Source: the human T2T-CHM13v2.0 reference genome, Homo sapiens
NCBI RefSeq assembly: GCF_009914755.1
Contig: NC_060926.1
Strand: one strand, 5' to 3'
DNA: 64,000 bases
A program made the position numbers and the translations under genes. Below the pieces are notes generated by a model. It searched no databases. It worked only from the letters and a program-made list of their open reading frames with translations, and was not told the origin of the DNA. This document shows, piece by piece, positions 26,637 to 42,741 of this stretch; the first letter of the stretch is position 1, and each line of letters begins with the position of its first letter.

Positions 26637-29158
26637 GACCCTGTGAACATGGGTACACATCTGTGAAAGCCAGCAAGCATGGTTGTGAATCCAGTTTGTG
26701 TGCAAGCAGGTGGTGTGAGTGTGCGTGTGCCTGTCCCGGGAAGGAAAAGCCATGTGCACCTGAGCTGACTCAGCACTTCTCTTTCCTGCCCACCCAGTTG
26801 AGCGCCTGAGCCTTTGCTCCAGGGAGGAGGCAATGCCCTCTGCCCCCGTGTTTGTGTTGTTGGCTGCCTCACCCTCACCAGCAGGAGGGGAGCAAATGTG
26901 GCGCCCTGGGCCCGGTCCCAGTTAGCTGAGCTGCGTATCTTTAATCCCTAGGTATTAAAAGGTCAGAGGCTCATGCTATTTCCCGACCCCTCCCTGCCAG
27001 GTCCTGTCTGGAGCTCTCTGAAGTGGCTATAGCTAAGGCCAGGCCTCTGCTCAGATGGAGGTGGCCTCTGTGGAGTAAGAAGGGGTACTGGGGTGTCGCT
27101 TGCTGTACCCTGAATCCCACCTTCTTGCAGCACTGACTGTTGCTGCTTCATCCTTGGTGAGGCCTGACCTGTGGCCTTTAATTCTTAGCGTGAGCTCTAC
27201 CACCCTGAGCGGTGAGGGGTGCTGGGCTGGCCTCAGCACCTGCATCTCTCAGGGAGGTCTGCCCCTCCAGAAGTCGGGGCTCAGGATCACAGAGGGGCTG
27301 GGAAGTCAGGAGGTGGGGACAAAGCCCAAAGTCTCCCGTTGCAGGCTTTGGGGCAGAGGCCAGCCTGTGCCCTGAGCAGCTAGCAGTGCAGCAGTGCCAA
27401 GGCCCGGTCCAGTGTGGCTGCTGAACATTTGGTTCAAATCAAAGGCCTTTTCCAGCCAAGAGAGGAATGCTGCCGAGTAGGATTTGGGAACGGGCCCGGC
27501 AGGGCAAACACTGCCTTAATTGAGGCCCTTCTAGACTTTTAATTACAAGCAATGTTTTCCCAAGCTTCCTAAATTGACCATGGAGACCTGCTGGTGTTAG
27601 TGCCCATGGCAGGGACGAAAAAAAAATCGTCGTTAAAGCTTTTTCAGCAGGTTTATTTTAGCAAATGTTTTGAGGTGGAAAGGCTCACACAAAGTGGAGG
27701 CCGGAGTCATTTTTCTCAGAGGGCCAGGCACAGACACGGAGAGATCCACACCCACAGGTGTGATCAGACACACAGGTGGAACACACGCACACAGACGGGC
27801 ACCTGTTGAGAGAGGCACGTGTACAGGCGGAGGACGTGACCGTGGCGTGGCTGCAGAGGCTGTAAACACCAGGCTGGAAATCCAGCTCAAGCACCTGGAG
27901 CGCTTTAGAAAGGCAAACACTGTTGGCTGCCCCTCCCGCCCGCTCCCACCTTCACCTCCTCCCACCCCTCCAGGCTGGCTGGGCCTGGGCCTGCTTCGGA
28001 GCCCCTGTGCCCTTCACCAGGCCTGTTTACAAGGCCCAGGACAGCCGCCAAAACCCCAGCTGTGTCCCTGTCCTTGTCTGTCTCCAGCGGACATGACTGA
28101 CTTGGAAGGAAGGCGTGCCCTTGTCTGTGGAAGAGGACCCGTATTCAGCACCCAGTGGAATCCTCGGGGCACCTTCTGAGGAAAACGTCTATGGCTGTTC
28201 AGGGAGCAGCTGGTCCAGGTTACAGATGCAGAAAACAGAGGTGTCCCTGAAAAACAGACGCCCTGGGAGGAAGCTCCCAAAGCCCCAGCCCTGCTTGTGC
28301 CCAAGAATTGCCCGGACTCCAGGACTCCCTCAGAGCCAATCTGGATCCCCAGGCGGGGACCTGTGCCCCGGTTTTCTAGCACTGCTCACCATTGCAGCGT
28401 CAGCACTGAAAGCCTGAGCTCAGAACCTGTTTGTTTAATAGTGACTGTTCACTGCTGGGCTCTGGGAGCCCTGACAGCTGGAAAGACAGAGCAGGTGCCC
28501 CAACACGGGTGATTTTGGAAGCCCCAGAGGGTCCCTGTCTACTCGCTTTTCCTCTTTCCCTGATGTTTGTGGCCCATGTCTGTGGGCCTGGACACTCAAG
28601 CAGCCTCCAGAATCCCTCCCAGTGTTCAACAATGAGCCCAGAAATGGTGCATAGTAGAAATGGGAACAAGTAGGGTGCCTGGAGAGGTAGGGAGGCCAGA
28701 GACAATGATGCCTGCGTCACCGTTTTGCCAAGGGTCCCCTTGACTGTGGGCACTGCCCAGACACAGGGAGGCCAGAGGCCAGGAGCAGAGGGAGGCCATT
28801 CCCTAGGCCCAGCCCTGCCAGCCAGGGTGAGCCTTGATGGCCGTTACAGGCCGTTGCTATCGTCCCTTATCTGGGGCTCCTGGCTCTTACACCATGTCCC
28901 CAACCGCCCCTGGAGTGTGTGTGTGTTGAGGGGGGGCCTGCTGTTCCCTCCCTAAACAGACCGTTACTTGGTTTCCGTTGTTTGGGGAGGGGGTGGGGAG
29001 CTGTCTGCTTAATTAATCATTTTAGGCCATCCTGGGAAACTCATTAAGCCACCTCTCAGGGCTGGGAGCAGGAACACAGCCCTCAAAGTTGGAACTTTTT
29101 GGTTTGCCATATCCGGGTCTAGTTTTCCTTCCACTCATGTGCACACATGTGCATGAGA

Positions 29159-29181
29159 GTGTGTGTGTGTGTGTGTGTGTG
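29159..29181 (+). repeat. (GT)n microsatellite
   Basis: About 11 GT units. Confidence 0.9.
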
Positions 29182-31873
29182 CATGTGTGAGAGAGTGGGA
29201 GTACAAGGGAGAGTGCCCTTGTAGCTATGATTCTGTGTGTGTTTGCGTTTCCTAGATTCTGCAAGGAACTTCCCCTGATTCTTCTTAATTACCAGCCTAG
29301 AAGAAATTCAAGATGCTTAGAGCAAAGGTCAAACTCCACCTGTTTTCCCTGCACTTCATTTTCTGGCAGTTCCCACAATAGTACAGATAAGTAAAAGATT
29401 AAGGCAATCTTTTCTAATTAAAGTAATTAAAAAACGGCGATGATTGCACCTTTCATCTGAAAGGGAAAATATTTACTCATCCAACTGCAGGCCCTTAAAA
29501 GCATTCAGGAGGTCTATTTTGACAAACGGATCCTCCTCCCCTCCCCCAGCCCATTCTGCTTGTCCTGGACACACACACACAAAGGCTGGTTTATTTAGTA
29601 AGCGGAGGCTTGACAGGGGCACCCTGAAAGCTGGGAACCTCGGGCAGTTTTAAGCAAATGGACACTTTGGTTCAATCCCTGCTAGGCCCTGTTGAGAGGT
29701 TTCTGGGACCGTTGGGATTTTGATTTGACCAATCAATGTTTTACTGTTGTACCTTCTTCCTCTCCTCCTTTGGGTGGGAAACCACCCAAAGGTCCCTGTC
29801 TGCCTCTGATAGCTCCACTCTTCCCTCAGACCTGGCTGGGATGGAGACCTCAAAAAGGAAGAACCGGTCAGAGTCTTGGATGCAGTCCGTAACAACCATA
29901 TATTACATTGCTGTTTCGCACAAGCCTGTGTGCTTGACATATAAGTACTTGCTCAGTGCCAAAGGGGGCGCTCTTGGGGTGTGTGGCCCAGTCCCTAAGA
30001 AGTGCAAAGTCTAACAACTGTCCTTGGCTCCCCCAGGAGAAAGCAAACTTGCATACAGGCTGCTGTAATTCACTTTGAGTTTTTGAGGCAAGTATAATCA
30101 GCCAGTTTCCTGGTGCATGGGGCTTGATCTCACAGATTGCAATTTTTCCCTAAGTAGGTAGGGACAGAGGTACCTTACTCCAGAGGAGTGGGAGGTGTGA
30201 AGGCCGACAGAGATGTTAATACCCAGTCCAGCAATCTGGGAGTCCCTGATCGCTGTCCCAGGCTGCTCTCCTCCTACATCCCACCTATAGGGGATGCTCT
30301 GGAGCCTGTGCTGCTGGAGCTTGGAGCAGCATGGATAGGCTAATCCCCTTTACAGGCTGTTCCTCAAATCCTCAGAATATGACATAAAAGAATATCCCGG
30401 GAACCAGCTCCAAAAACACTGGGGCCCAGCTGTCGCCTGAGAAGGGCCTGGTTTGCCTCTGCCTGCCCCAGGTCAAGCTAGACAGTGTCCTCAGCATGAC
30501 CTGCTGCCCTCCACTGTCCTCCCGGCAGAGATACAGCCTCAAAAAGCCAGTATGGACAGGTCCAGCTCTGCAGTGGACCCTGCTCTCCAGAGTGGGCTGG
30601 GGAGGGAAAAGGAATGCGGTGTGTGTACACACGTGTATACGGATGCGTGTGAGCACATGTGTGCGCTGTGTCTGGCCTGTTTGGACGGGCTTGCTTGGTA
30701 CCAAGAACAGCCTCAACAGAGATTAGAGAAAAGCCTTTGGGGCTCTCTGTACTGCAAGCTCACCCAGTGTCAACAGCACCCTCTTTGGGCTCTGGACTGT
30801 CTGTAGCAAAGCCACCCCGAAACCTCTCTCTTTCCTGGCCTTGCCTCTCGAGTCATGGCCTCTGGAGTGACAGCTCTCCTTGTGTCACTTCTCTGCCTGG
30901 TCACCCACAATGGCTCCCAGCTTTCGGAGAAACATTCACCAGCACACCTAAAACACAGGGTCCCAGTGGCCCACCTCACACTCAGGGGGCTTGATTCAGG
31001 CCCAGCCTCAACCGGACTCTTCCTGCTAGTCCCAGACACCCTTTGTGAAGCTGTGAGAGCAGTGGATTCCCTCCCAGGAATCCTACTGATCTGTGTGCAC
31101 AAGGGCCCACCCCATGAAAGGGCAAACAATTGCAGGATTCCTGGGTGCCCTGAAGCCCCTACCCTGAGCCCAGGCTGAGAGCTTTTGTCCCACACTTCCT
31201 ATAAGCCAGATTTGTCACTGGGCTCCCATAGGCTGCCCCTCACCTTGTCTTCCTTCCAACATCAGTCCAACCCCCTCCTTGTGGGGAAGACAGGAGGAAG
31301 CCTCTAGTGCCAGCTGCCTCCACCCAATGGTGGCTCTGCCTGAATTCGGCAGGGAACCTTCAGCACAGCCCAGGGCAGCTGCTGTTGGACCCACTCAGGG
31401 AATTGTGTCTGACCCGACCTACGCATTTGGTGGTTAGCTTGCTCTGTGCAAACAGTCCCCAGGGGACTGGAATCCTCGCTGCAAAAATAAATTCTCCCTC
31501 TGGACTTGCTTTTCTCATCTTGCTTTCTCTGCATTCTGGCTTTTTCTTTTTTCTTTCTAGTGTCCCAACTGCTTTTATCTTCTTCCTTTCCTCCCACTGA
31601 GACCCAAACAAACCTCCTGGTAAACAAACTCTCAGGCCAGTCTCTTAAAGAGACAGTATGTGTTTGTTGCCATCTGGATGTCCAGTCCTGCTCAGGGGCT
31701 GCATGAGGTCTGGGGGCAGATGGGCTGTGAGGTGTTAAAGATCATTCAAGAGACTCACAGGAAAAAGCTGGCCTAGAACAGTGCACCGAGAAAATTGCCC
31801 TAAGAGCCCCCTCTCCTTTCCCACTCTCACCTGAAAATACAGAACAGGAGGGACCAGCGGGGTTTCCCCTTAG

Positions 31874-32263
<390 letters not shown>

Positions 32264-34399
32264 AGGATTAAGAGTGTGATTTAAAAAAAAATATTTTCAT
32301 GTCAACCTCCTCCTGCTCTGCCCCACCAGGTGAACACATCTCTGAAGTGATCATATCAAACAGAGGCAATGTGAGGAGAGGGACAAATCTAGCTTGCACA
32401 CCACTTTCCTGAAACTTGGTGACTTTGTGACTTGGAGGGACTCTGCTCTTAATTTGTCATTGTGTGTGTGTTGCTGGCTTGGTGGGTGGAAGTCACTGCG
32501 GGGCAGGGGAAGTGTGTGCATACTCTTGAGTATGCATGTGTGAGTATGTGTCTGCACCAGTGCCAGACAGCTGCCTTGAGGGTCTCTGCCTGGAACAGGG
32601 TTCTCCACCGTGCTGAGCATGTGGACAAGCTGAGGATGCCCCTCACTTCCCATCTGAGTGGTCTGAATGAAAAGACTGGCATCTATCTCCCGGAGAGTGG
32701 GGCTGTGCTCATTCCTGTTGCCCAACTGGCAGAGCAGCCACAGGGCCCAGCCCAGGGACAGACAGCATCCAGGCCAGGGCTTCCTGGGGATCCTGTGAAG
32801 ATCCAGGTTCCTTTGCAGTAGGTCAGCAGAGGCTGAGATTCTGCATTTGTAACCTGCTTCCTGGTGGGGGCGCTGAGCAGCTGCTCTCCAGCCTATGATC
32901 TGGGCAGTGAGGCGGGAGAGAGGTGGCATGGTGGTCCTGCTGCCCACTGAGAAGGCAAGGCTGTCTCTGCCACTGCCTCTTCCCTGTCCCCTGCGTCGGG
33001 GGCTGGCCGCTGCCAGGCACAGGTACCGCCCTCAAGGGACAACAGCTGACAACTTCTAAACCAGGGCTCTGTGGAACAAACCACACCTAACGAAGGTGGT
33101 TTTTCCCCTTTAAGAGAATACATTCCTCAGCAGGATAGTGGCCCCAGGTTCTCTCCCACTACCACTTGGAAGCCAGGCAGAAAAATTGCCTGGTGGGCAG
33201 GATTACAGGATTAGTCAGCTTTCCCAAAACAGACCCACAGGCTCTTAGGTGGAAATGAGTTTTGGTCTGAGCCCTTCTTTCCTGGTGACAGATGTGTTTG
33301 CTGGGCCCTCCCCCTGTCTCACTCCTCAAGTCTCGCCTCTTCCTGAGTGCTCAGAACTCCCATGCTCCCTCACTCAGGCCCCGGGAATTGGGGGGAAACA
33401 GGTTTGGTGGAAATGAGCCTTAGGGTTCAAGCATCCAGGCCCTGGGAGGAGGGTGGCACTGCTTGGACCAAGGGGCTGGCTTTACCGACCCCTCCCCATC
33501 CCCACCAAAGAGCAGCCCTGCCGAATCTACCCTGTGCTGGAGGTGCTGAGTGGAGCCCAATAAGCCGTGATGGTCGCGGGATTGTCTGCTCCTGCCCCAG
33601 ATTCCCATCGTCCCTCTGTCCCCACTGGGTCTTGGGGTGTCTCGGCCTCCCTGAGCTGGGCCTGCCCTGCAATCTCAGAGTCTGCAGTGTGTGAGCTGGC
33701 CTGTGCCAATTCCAGAGCTGGTGTTTCCCAGAAACCAAGGGACTGAAGACCAGTTGCTGAGGGCAAGCCACCGTGCTGGGACACTCAGATGTCTGAGGAT
33801 GTCACTGTGGCTAGATCCAAGATTTGGACCTAAGCGAGGGAGGATGTCTCATAATTCTCTGCATGGAACCAGCAGCCTTGCTTGCATTTAGAAGTTCCTT
33901 GCAAAGAATCATATACTCACAGCTGGTGTCCTATACAGGGGATGTTCTCCTTGGAGCATTTTTCTTTTTCTTTAGATAAAGCTGGCAAAAGAAAATAAAC
34001 TTTGGTTCTTTTAATAGCCCCTATAATCCTTGGAGTCAGTGGGGTCCTCCTTTCAGCTCTTTGGCTCCTCAGGAATCTGATGGGGCTCTCCTGGCAATCT
34101 GTCTGGAGGCCACGTTCTGCCACCATGTGATAGCCACTGGGGGCTGCCTGGACTGGCTCCTCTAGGCTGTTATATCCCAGGCCATGCCCAGAAACTGGAG
34201 TCCTGAGCTGAGGGCAGATTTCAGAGCACGGTAGGCCCAAGGCCAGAGCTCTCTTGAGGCTAACGTCAGAGCTGACTGTGATCAAAGACAGGGCTGAGCT
34301 GTCAAACTTTCTCAAAGAAGGGCTGATACTTCTTTTAAGGGTACGATATTACCTGTGAACTAAATAGTTCTCATGAGTAATTGCTGGACGGAAATGTAT

Positions 34400-34889
<490 letters not shown>

Positions 34890-36465
34890 CCTAGTGCATT
34901 TCTCCGATTTTACAGATGAAGAAACCACGGCCCAGGGAAGACGCAGCTTGAGCAAGGTCACCGGCAGGTAAGTGGTGCAGCTACAGTAAAGGTCTCCCAC
35001 TCCCAGGTTAGCGAAGAGTCACTGCCCAGCCCTGCCTCATGGCCTTAAGCCCAGGGTCACACAGCTGGTAGTCAGCCCTTCTTATAGGCTGCCATGGCCC
35101 ACTGGGCACTACTTAGTGCTTAGAAGACGAGTTAGTGCTGGTAGCACCCAGTTGGTGCTGGAAAAGGAAGTGGCGTGTTTTGGCGTGTCCTGGCCTCCAG
35201 GCTGAAAACTGTTTATTTGGACAATTAAGAACATGGCTTCAGCTGAACCACAAAGTCAGACGGAAACCTTTATCTTGGGTGGCACGTTCTTGGTTTCCTC
35301 CCATGCCCTGGCAGGCTTGTGGTGTGGGGCCACGCTGGCCAGGGTGGGTCTGGGAATGGTTCCAGTGGCTCTGGCCTCCACCCTGGAGAGGTCGGTTAAG
35401 TGTGTCAGGAGCAAGCCTTTGGTTGCCGTTTGTGTTGATGATGCAGATGGAAAGGTGGGTGTTGGGGGCCCCCAAGCTCTTTAAACCCCTAGGGCCTCTG
35501 GGGTCCCTTGAGGTGAGGCTTCTTCTGCAATTGACCATAAAATTCAGTGTCTGCCACACCACCTTCCCCTACTGCAGATCTTGTCTCCAATGATCTACCC
35601 TCCTCCCTCCAGCCAAGAAATGGGTGAATTCACATCACCTACTCCCCATTCCAGCACCCCAGGGGAGCCCTTGGTTCCGGCACCACCTCCCCTTCTGTCC
35701 CCATCCCTTTTCAGCCCCCATCCCTCTAGGGTTCTGGGCCTCTACCTCCATGTGAGGTATGAGGGTAAGATAAGTGAGGTGTTTGCTTACAACCCTCGTT
35801 GAAGTTTAAGCTTCTCCCATACTAGGAATGGGGCTTGAGGCCCCAGGGCCTAGGATCCCCACTGAGGATTATGGTCGAGGCTGGAGAACAAAAGCCAACA
35901 GCTTTGTGCCACTCCACTCTCCAGAACTCCCAATCAAAACAAACAGAACAAACACCGGGAGTTGCAAAGATCCATTCTGAGAATTTGCTATACATTGGCT
36001 CCGTCACTCGGGCAACATGAGGGCCATAGTGGACTCAGAGAGGGGCCCCTGCCCGGTGAGAGAAAAGGACAAGCTTAGCAATAATTAGAGAAGAAGCTGG
36101 AGCTGGAGAGGCAGATAAAGAGCTATGGGGTCAGACGAGGGTGGGGTTGCTTCAGCTTCATGCTTGGTGGCCAGAGGTGCTCATAGGAAAAACAAAACCG
36201 GAGTTGCAGCCTCCCCCAGCACCATCCCCCAAGTAGCGCCGAGAGGAGCTGCCCACCTGGGCTGCAGCAGGTCACACTTAGCCACTGTGTTGAGACACAG
36301 TCTCATGACTGCCACTTGGGGAACGGCCACTCTGCCTCCCTGTCTGGGCTGTGCTCCCTGCCCGCAACGGACACCAAGCAGGCCTGCCCGGCTCTCAGAC
36401 CTTCCGGAGCTCCCGCCTGTGTCCCTGTGAACATCAATAGGACTTGTTTCCAGAACCTCAGGTTT

Positions 36466-36656
36466 GTTTTTTTAAAAGTTTTATTTTAGGTTTAGGGGTA
36501 CATGTGAAGGTTTTTACGTAGGTGAACTCGTGTCACAGAGGTTTGTTGTACAGATTATTTCATCACCCAGGTATTAAGCCCAGTACCCAATAGTTATCTT
36601 TTCTGCTCCTCTCCCGCCTCCCACCCTCCACCCTCAAGTAGCCCCCAGTGTCTGTT
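36466..36656 (-). mobile_element. 5'-truncated primate L1 (L1PA15/16-like) 3' end
   Basis: ggggtacatgtgaaggttt...cagattatttcatcacccaggtattaagcccagtacccaatagttat...cccaccctccaccctcaagtag; TSD cagaacctcaggttt (36451-36465) / cagagcctcaggttt (36657-36671), followed by taaaa. Confidence 0.92.
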
Positions 36657-36742
36657 CAGAGCCTCAGGTTTTAAAATCCTACATCTTACTCTGTTTCTAA
36701 ATGACTCTCATCTGCCAATCTTGTCTCCCTAGTTTCACACTA

Positions 36743-37057
<315 letters not shown>

Positions 37058-38224
37058 ACCTTCTTAGGCAGGAACTGAGTCTGCTGCCAGTCACAAGCTC
37101 CACCCATCACACCCCTCCTCTCATGCCCCACCTGGATCTCAGTTGTGGCTGATGAGTGATTTTGGCAGTCACTACCTAGGCTAACGACGCTTGTCACAGA
37201 GCGTGTGTGTGTGGGTGTGTGTGACTGCAGGAGACTGCAGGAGATGGGGGCACTGGAACACATCTGGCCTCTATCTGCCTCAGCTGCTACCTTGGGGCAC
37301 ATCTTCCACCCCCAGTGCCCCCCTCACACTGGGGACAGGGCTGAGGGCCTAGGAGGCGAGAGGGTGATGTCTTCCACTGGGATGTGCCTTCCCCAGCTGC
37401 TCGGTGCGCACTCTCCTGCAGATTCCAGCAAAGAAGGCGGAGGGAGGGAGCCCCAAGGGGCACAGTCAGATCCCCAGTCCGTTTCTCCTTCCTGGCTCCA
37501 GACCCAATTTTAAAAGAAAGAAGCGGCAGCAAAGAAAATAACTGCAGTGCTGTTAGTGCTGTTAGATGAGGAGGGCAGCCCAGGGTTGAGCTGAGGGCGT
37601 TGGGGGTCAGCAGCCCAGGGAGGTGAAAATTAAGCAAGAGTGTGAAGAATTCTGCATTGCTTCAAAATTAGTCAATTGCTTCCACATTTATATAGACGCC
37701 TAAAGATGACATGGTGAGGGAGAGGGGATGAGAAACGGGATTACACAACAAACACCTGGGAGGATCCTGTGGGTTGCCCATCAGCCCCTAGGCCAGTGGC
37801 TCAGGGAGGTGACAACGCATCCCTGTCCTCCTCTGCCTCTCCCTCCCTGGTCTACTGGTCCCACCCTGCCCCTGCCTGGGGCAGCCTGGAGGTTCTGAGT
37901 GCAGCAGGAGCCTTCCCTCAGGCTGGGTCCTCACCCTGCCCCATTTCCTGGAGACCTTGGGAAAGTTTTCCAAGTTCCGGGCTGGGGTCCTTGAGGAATG
38001 AGGGGAAGTCACCTGCTGCAGCTCGGCTGGGAGGAGGGGAAGGAGGGACAGAGAGCCGAGGACTCTCTGGGCCCATCCCTCTCCAGGAAAGAGGAGGGAA
38101 GGGTAAAGAGAGGCCAGAAGAGGAGAGAGGCAACTGGCTCTTTCAGAGGTCTTGTCCTGTGACCTGCCCCTCAGCAGAGTCCCCTGGGCCCCTCATGCTT
38201 TGGAGAAGAGGCCAGACTTTAGGG

Positions 38225-38480
38225 ACAGTCAGTAACAACCATCACTCTGGTTTATTGAGTGAGTGCCACACCCCAGGCACAGAGCTTAACGCTTCACATA
38301 CGTGTTTCGTGTAATTGTCACAACACCCTCCCCAGGTGAGAATTATTGCCCCCCTCTACAGAAGAGGAAACAATTTCAGGCCAAGGGGCTTGCTTAAGGT
38401 CACCCGGTTCTTAAGTGGCAGGGCTGGGGCCGGACAGCAAAGCCTTCTTGCCCTCTATTACCCAGCTCCGCATGAGTCGC
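38225..38480 (-). mobile_element. MIR
   Basis: tttattgagtgagtgccacaccccaggcac...tacagaagaggaaacaa...cttgcttaaggtcac. Confidence 0.8.
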
Positions 38481-39419
38481 TCCAGGGGGGTTGGCGCCTG
38501 CCCCGTGGAGTCCAGGGCAGGCTGGGGCAGACAGACTGTCGCCAGGGCTTGCCTCTCTCTGGAGGCATTGCGGATAGCATGACCCTGCCTCTGAAGGCTG
38601 CAGTGGCTTCCTTGAGGAAGGAAGGCCACTCCCCACAGAGCGGGGCCCATGTGCTAATCATCAGGGCAGGCCTGACTCCTCACCTGAGGTGTGAACGAGC
38701 CTGGTGTTGGGACTGGAATGAAGCACTTTAATGGACAAGTTGGAATCTGTTTGTGAGCAGCAAATTGCCCCCGTCCCTGGGGCCATTTTCCACCATAAAT
38801 CTCAACTATTCGACTCTGCAGATCCCCAGCCCTGTAGCCACGACCAGGGCAACAGGAAGGTTGTGGGAGCTCTAACAGGGCCTGGCCCCCAACAGAGGTT
38901 ACAGCCCTTGCTCACCTCCCGCCCTCCTCCCCCACCATGCTTGGCACTGAGGGTCCTGCCTTCCTTCTTGAAAGCCTGCTCTGGTCTTCCAAGCCGTGCA
39001 TGCTCCTGGTGATCCTTGGACCACCAAGCAGGCTGTTTCCTGTCTTCTGGCTGCTCGTTCTGTTTCTCCCACCACGTCTGGTCAAGGGTCCCTCTCCTGG
39101 GGGTGTCATTTGTGGCCACAGCCTCAGGGGTCACACTATGTGTATGACTTCAGAGCTGCGTCTGTCTCTAAGGCCTGACTTCTTTCCCATGTTTCTAAGA
39201 TTCTTCACCAAGGTGTCTCAGAGGTACCTCAAAGTCTTGCCGTCCAACCAGAACTCATCTTCTCCTGCTGCCCCCACTCCCACGCCACCAACAGGTCCAG
39301 AACCTCTCTGTAATTGCCTTCAGCTCCTCCTTCTCCCTAGTCTAGGAAGCCCCAAGTCCTGCGTCTCTACCCCTAGAGGCCCCATCTCCATCCTCCTTGA
39401 AATCCTAAGTCTGGAATCA

Positions 39420-39860
<441 letters not shown>

Positions 39861-40164
39861 AAAACCCTTGAGGGCTCCCCGTTGCCTCCAAAGTAAGGCC
39901 CAAACTTGTTATACAGATTCACAGTCCCCTCCTTGAATCAGCTCCCAAACTTGCTCTCCAGCATGGTGGCCCCCTCTTGCTCCTGTGAACCTGTGTTGCA
40001 GCTGTTCCAGATTCCATGTCATCCCCAGCCCCACAAAGTCAGCCTTGTGCTTACTGACTCCATGGTGTGGCTTTCTCATGCCTCCTGCTTGGTATGGACA
40101 GTCCTGTCTCTGCCCATCACATTCCTACCCTTCGTTCAAGACCCAGACACCAAATGCTCAAACC

Positions 40165-40420
40165 CACATGGTGATTAAGAGCATGGAATCTACAACCAGA
40201 TTGACCAGGTACAAGACCCAGTTCTATTTCCTCTAGAGTTTGACCTTTTGAGAAAGTTTTGTAACCCTTCTTTGCCTAGCTTTACTCATCTGTAAAAGGA
40301 AGACAATAGTAGTAGCAACTGCTTCATTGGATATTGTGAAGATTAAGTGAGGCTACGTGTAAAGCACTTGAGACAGCGTCCAGCTTGTGGTCTGCACTGT
40401 ATGTCAGCTGTAATACCCCA
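40165..40420 (+). mobile_element. MIR
   Basis: gtgattaagagcatggaatct...tttactcatctgtaaaagg...ttgtgaagattaagtgag...tgtaaagcactt. Confidence 0.8.
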
Positions 40421-40609
40421 GATTATGAAGCCTCTGCTGATCCTTCTGAAGGCTACTCTGGGCCACATCAATCTCTCTCTTTCCTCCATACCTCAAGAAT
40501 TTTCCTTGACACCAGTAGCAATCTGTACCATATCTGCCTGGTTGTGAAGTTAGGATTCTTTGATGGCAATTGGACAATTGTTCAAAACCCACTGGATCAA
40601 ACGAAGGGA

Positions 40610-40726
40610 TTTTTTTTTTTTCTTTTAGAGACAGGGTCTATCTTGCCTAGGCTGGTCTCAAGCGATCCTCCCACCTTGGCCTCTCAAAATGCTGGGATTA
40701 GTGGCATGAGCCACCACGCCCAGCCC
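40610..40726 (-). mobile_element. FLAM/AluJ monomer
   Basis: agagacagggtct...ctcaagcgatcctcccaccttggcctc...gagccaccacgcccagcc. Confidence 0.88.
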
Positions 40727-41094
40727 AAACAAGGGGATTCTTATCACAAGCGTGTGAATGGGCCTTGCAGCGTCCCAGGGCAGGAATGCACAGCACCTCA
40801 GGAAACCCTGGCACTGGCGTCTGGAAATACTGCTTGGGTAGGGTTCTCTCTCTGAACATTCATTTAATTATTCTCTCTGTAGACTGTGGCCTTGCAGACT
40901 TGGCTGGAATCCACTGTTTATGGTACTCAAGGGTACACGCCACAGTCTGACATGGAAAGATGGAATCTCCTCCTTCATCCCAGTTCAGCCCTGACCAGCC
41001 TCTCTAGGGGCAGGGGCAAAGGGAAGGGTCATGTTATACAGAATTATTGCTGAGGGTGTCTCACTTTGGGTGAAAGGGTGCATTTAGAGGGGTC

Positions 41095-41769
41095 CATGCC
41101 AGAGACTACAAATTGGTCCCCAGGATTTATTTCCCCATCTTTCTCAGTTATAGAACTCCCGGGTTTTTGCTGTCCTAAATAAAGACTGCATTTCCCAGCC
41201 TTCCTGGCAGTTGGAAGGGGCACGTGATTAGGTTCTGGCCAAAGCGACATTAAAGGGAGGAGAATGCCTTTCTTTGCTTCCTCTGGCTAGATGGACTCTG
41301 GAGCCAGGCTGGCGGAGTTCAAATCCTAGTCCTGCCACCTATGAGTTGTGTGACTTTGGACAAGTACCTAACCCTTTTGTGCCAGTTTCCTTTGCAGTAA
41401 AATGGGAATAAAAAGAAAATCTACATAACAGTAGATATTCTGTGAGGATTACGTGAATTCATATTTGAAGAGTGAGTAGAAGGGTTCCTGGCACAAGCTC
41501 TACAAGTGTGGCTGGAATGAATATGATGATGAGGATGAAGATGAGGATGGCGGGGCTGGAGCTCAAGTGCCATACTGTGTCCTGGAGCAGAAGCCACGTG
41601 TTGAGGACAGTCTGGACCCTTAACGAGGGTTGAGCCACGACACCAGCCTGTGACTGTTTACCTCTTGAGTTTGTTTACAGGAGAAGAAAATAAACTCTCA
41701 CCTTGTTTAAAACACCATCCTGTTGGCTTTTCAGTTTGCTTGTAGCCCGATCTAATCCTAACTGATACA
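41095..41769 (+). mobile_element. MLT1J-like LTR with inserted MIR (~41290-41540)
   Basis: gactgcatttcccagccttcc...ggttctggccaa; end ttgtttaaaaca...ctaatcctaactgataca; MIR core ttcaaatcctagtcctgccac...tgtgactttggacaagt. Confidence 0.75.
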
Positions 41770-42037
41770 GGAACATTGTAGGTTCAACTCACATCCCTGT
41801 CCCCTGCACCATGTTGTCGCTCTTTAAGATAATGTCTCACTGTTCCTACTTGGGTTGTACATTCCTTGAGGACGGAAAAGCTTCCCACTCACAGTAGGTG
41901 CCCAGAAAGTAAGTATCGAATTAATGGAAGAACAATGTGAAAATCATTCTGGTTAGGTAGACAAGGAATTCTTTGGCTAGTTGCAGAAAATCAGTGATAG
42001 TAATAACAAAATTTATCAAGCATAATGGCTGGCGTGC

Positions 42038-42367
<330 letters not shown>

Positions 42368-42389
42368 TGACAATCCTATGAAATAAATA

Positions 42390-42741
42390 CAGTTGGCCCT
42401 CTACACCTGTGGGCTCTGCATCGATGGATTCAACCAACCATGGATTGATAATACCCTATTTGAGAAAAAAAAAAGATAGTCCCATCTGTGATGAACATGA
42501 ACAGACTTTTTTTTCCTTGTCATCCCCTAAACAATACAGTATAACAGCTATGTATATAGCATTTACATTGCAGGAAGTATAAGTGATCTAGAGATGATTT
42601 AAAATATAGGGAGGATGTGTGTAGGTTATATGCAAATACTACACCATTTTATATCAGGGACTTGAGTACCGTCACATTTTGGTATCCTTGGGGGAGTGAG
42701 GGTCCTAGAACCAATCCCCCACGGACACCAAAGAATGACTG
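42390..42741 (-). mobile_element. MER2 (TcMar-Tigger), full length, inside a MIR
   Basis: TA|cagttggccct...gaatgactg|TA (TA TSD, cagt terminal inverted repeats); body ggattcaaccaacc...taggttatatgcaaatactacaccatttt...gaaccaatccccc. Confidence 0.92.

Noticed and set aside
29953-29973. CTCF-like gtgccaaagggggcgct (similar at ~32860)
   Set aside because: The 3' half matches but the CCASYAG half does not; too weak to call.
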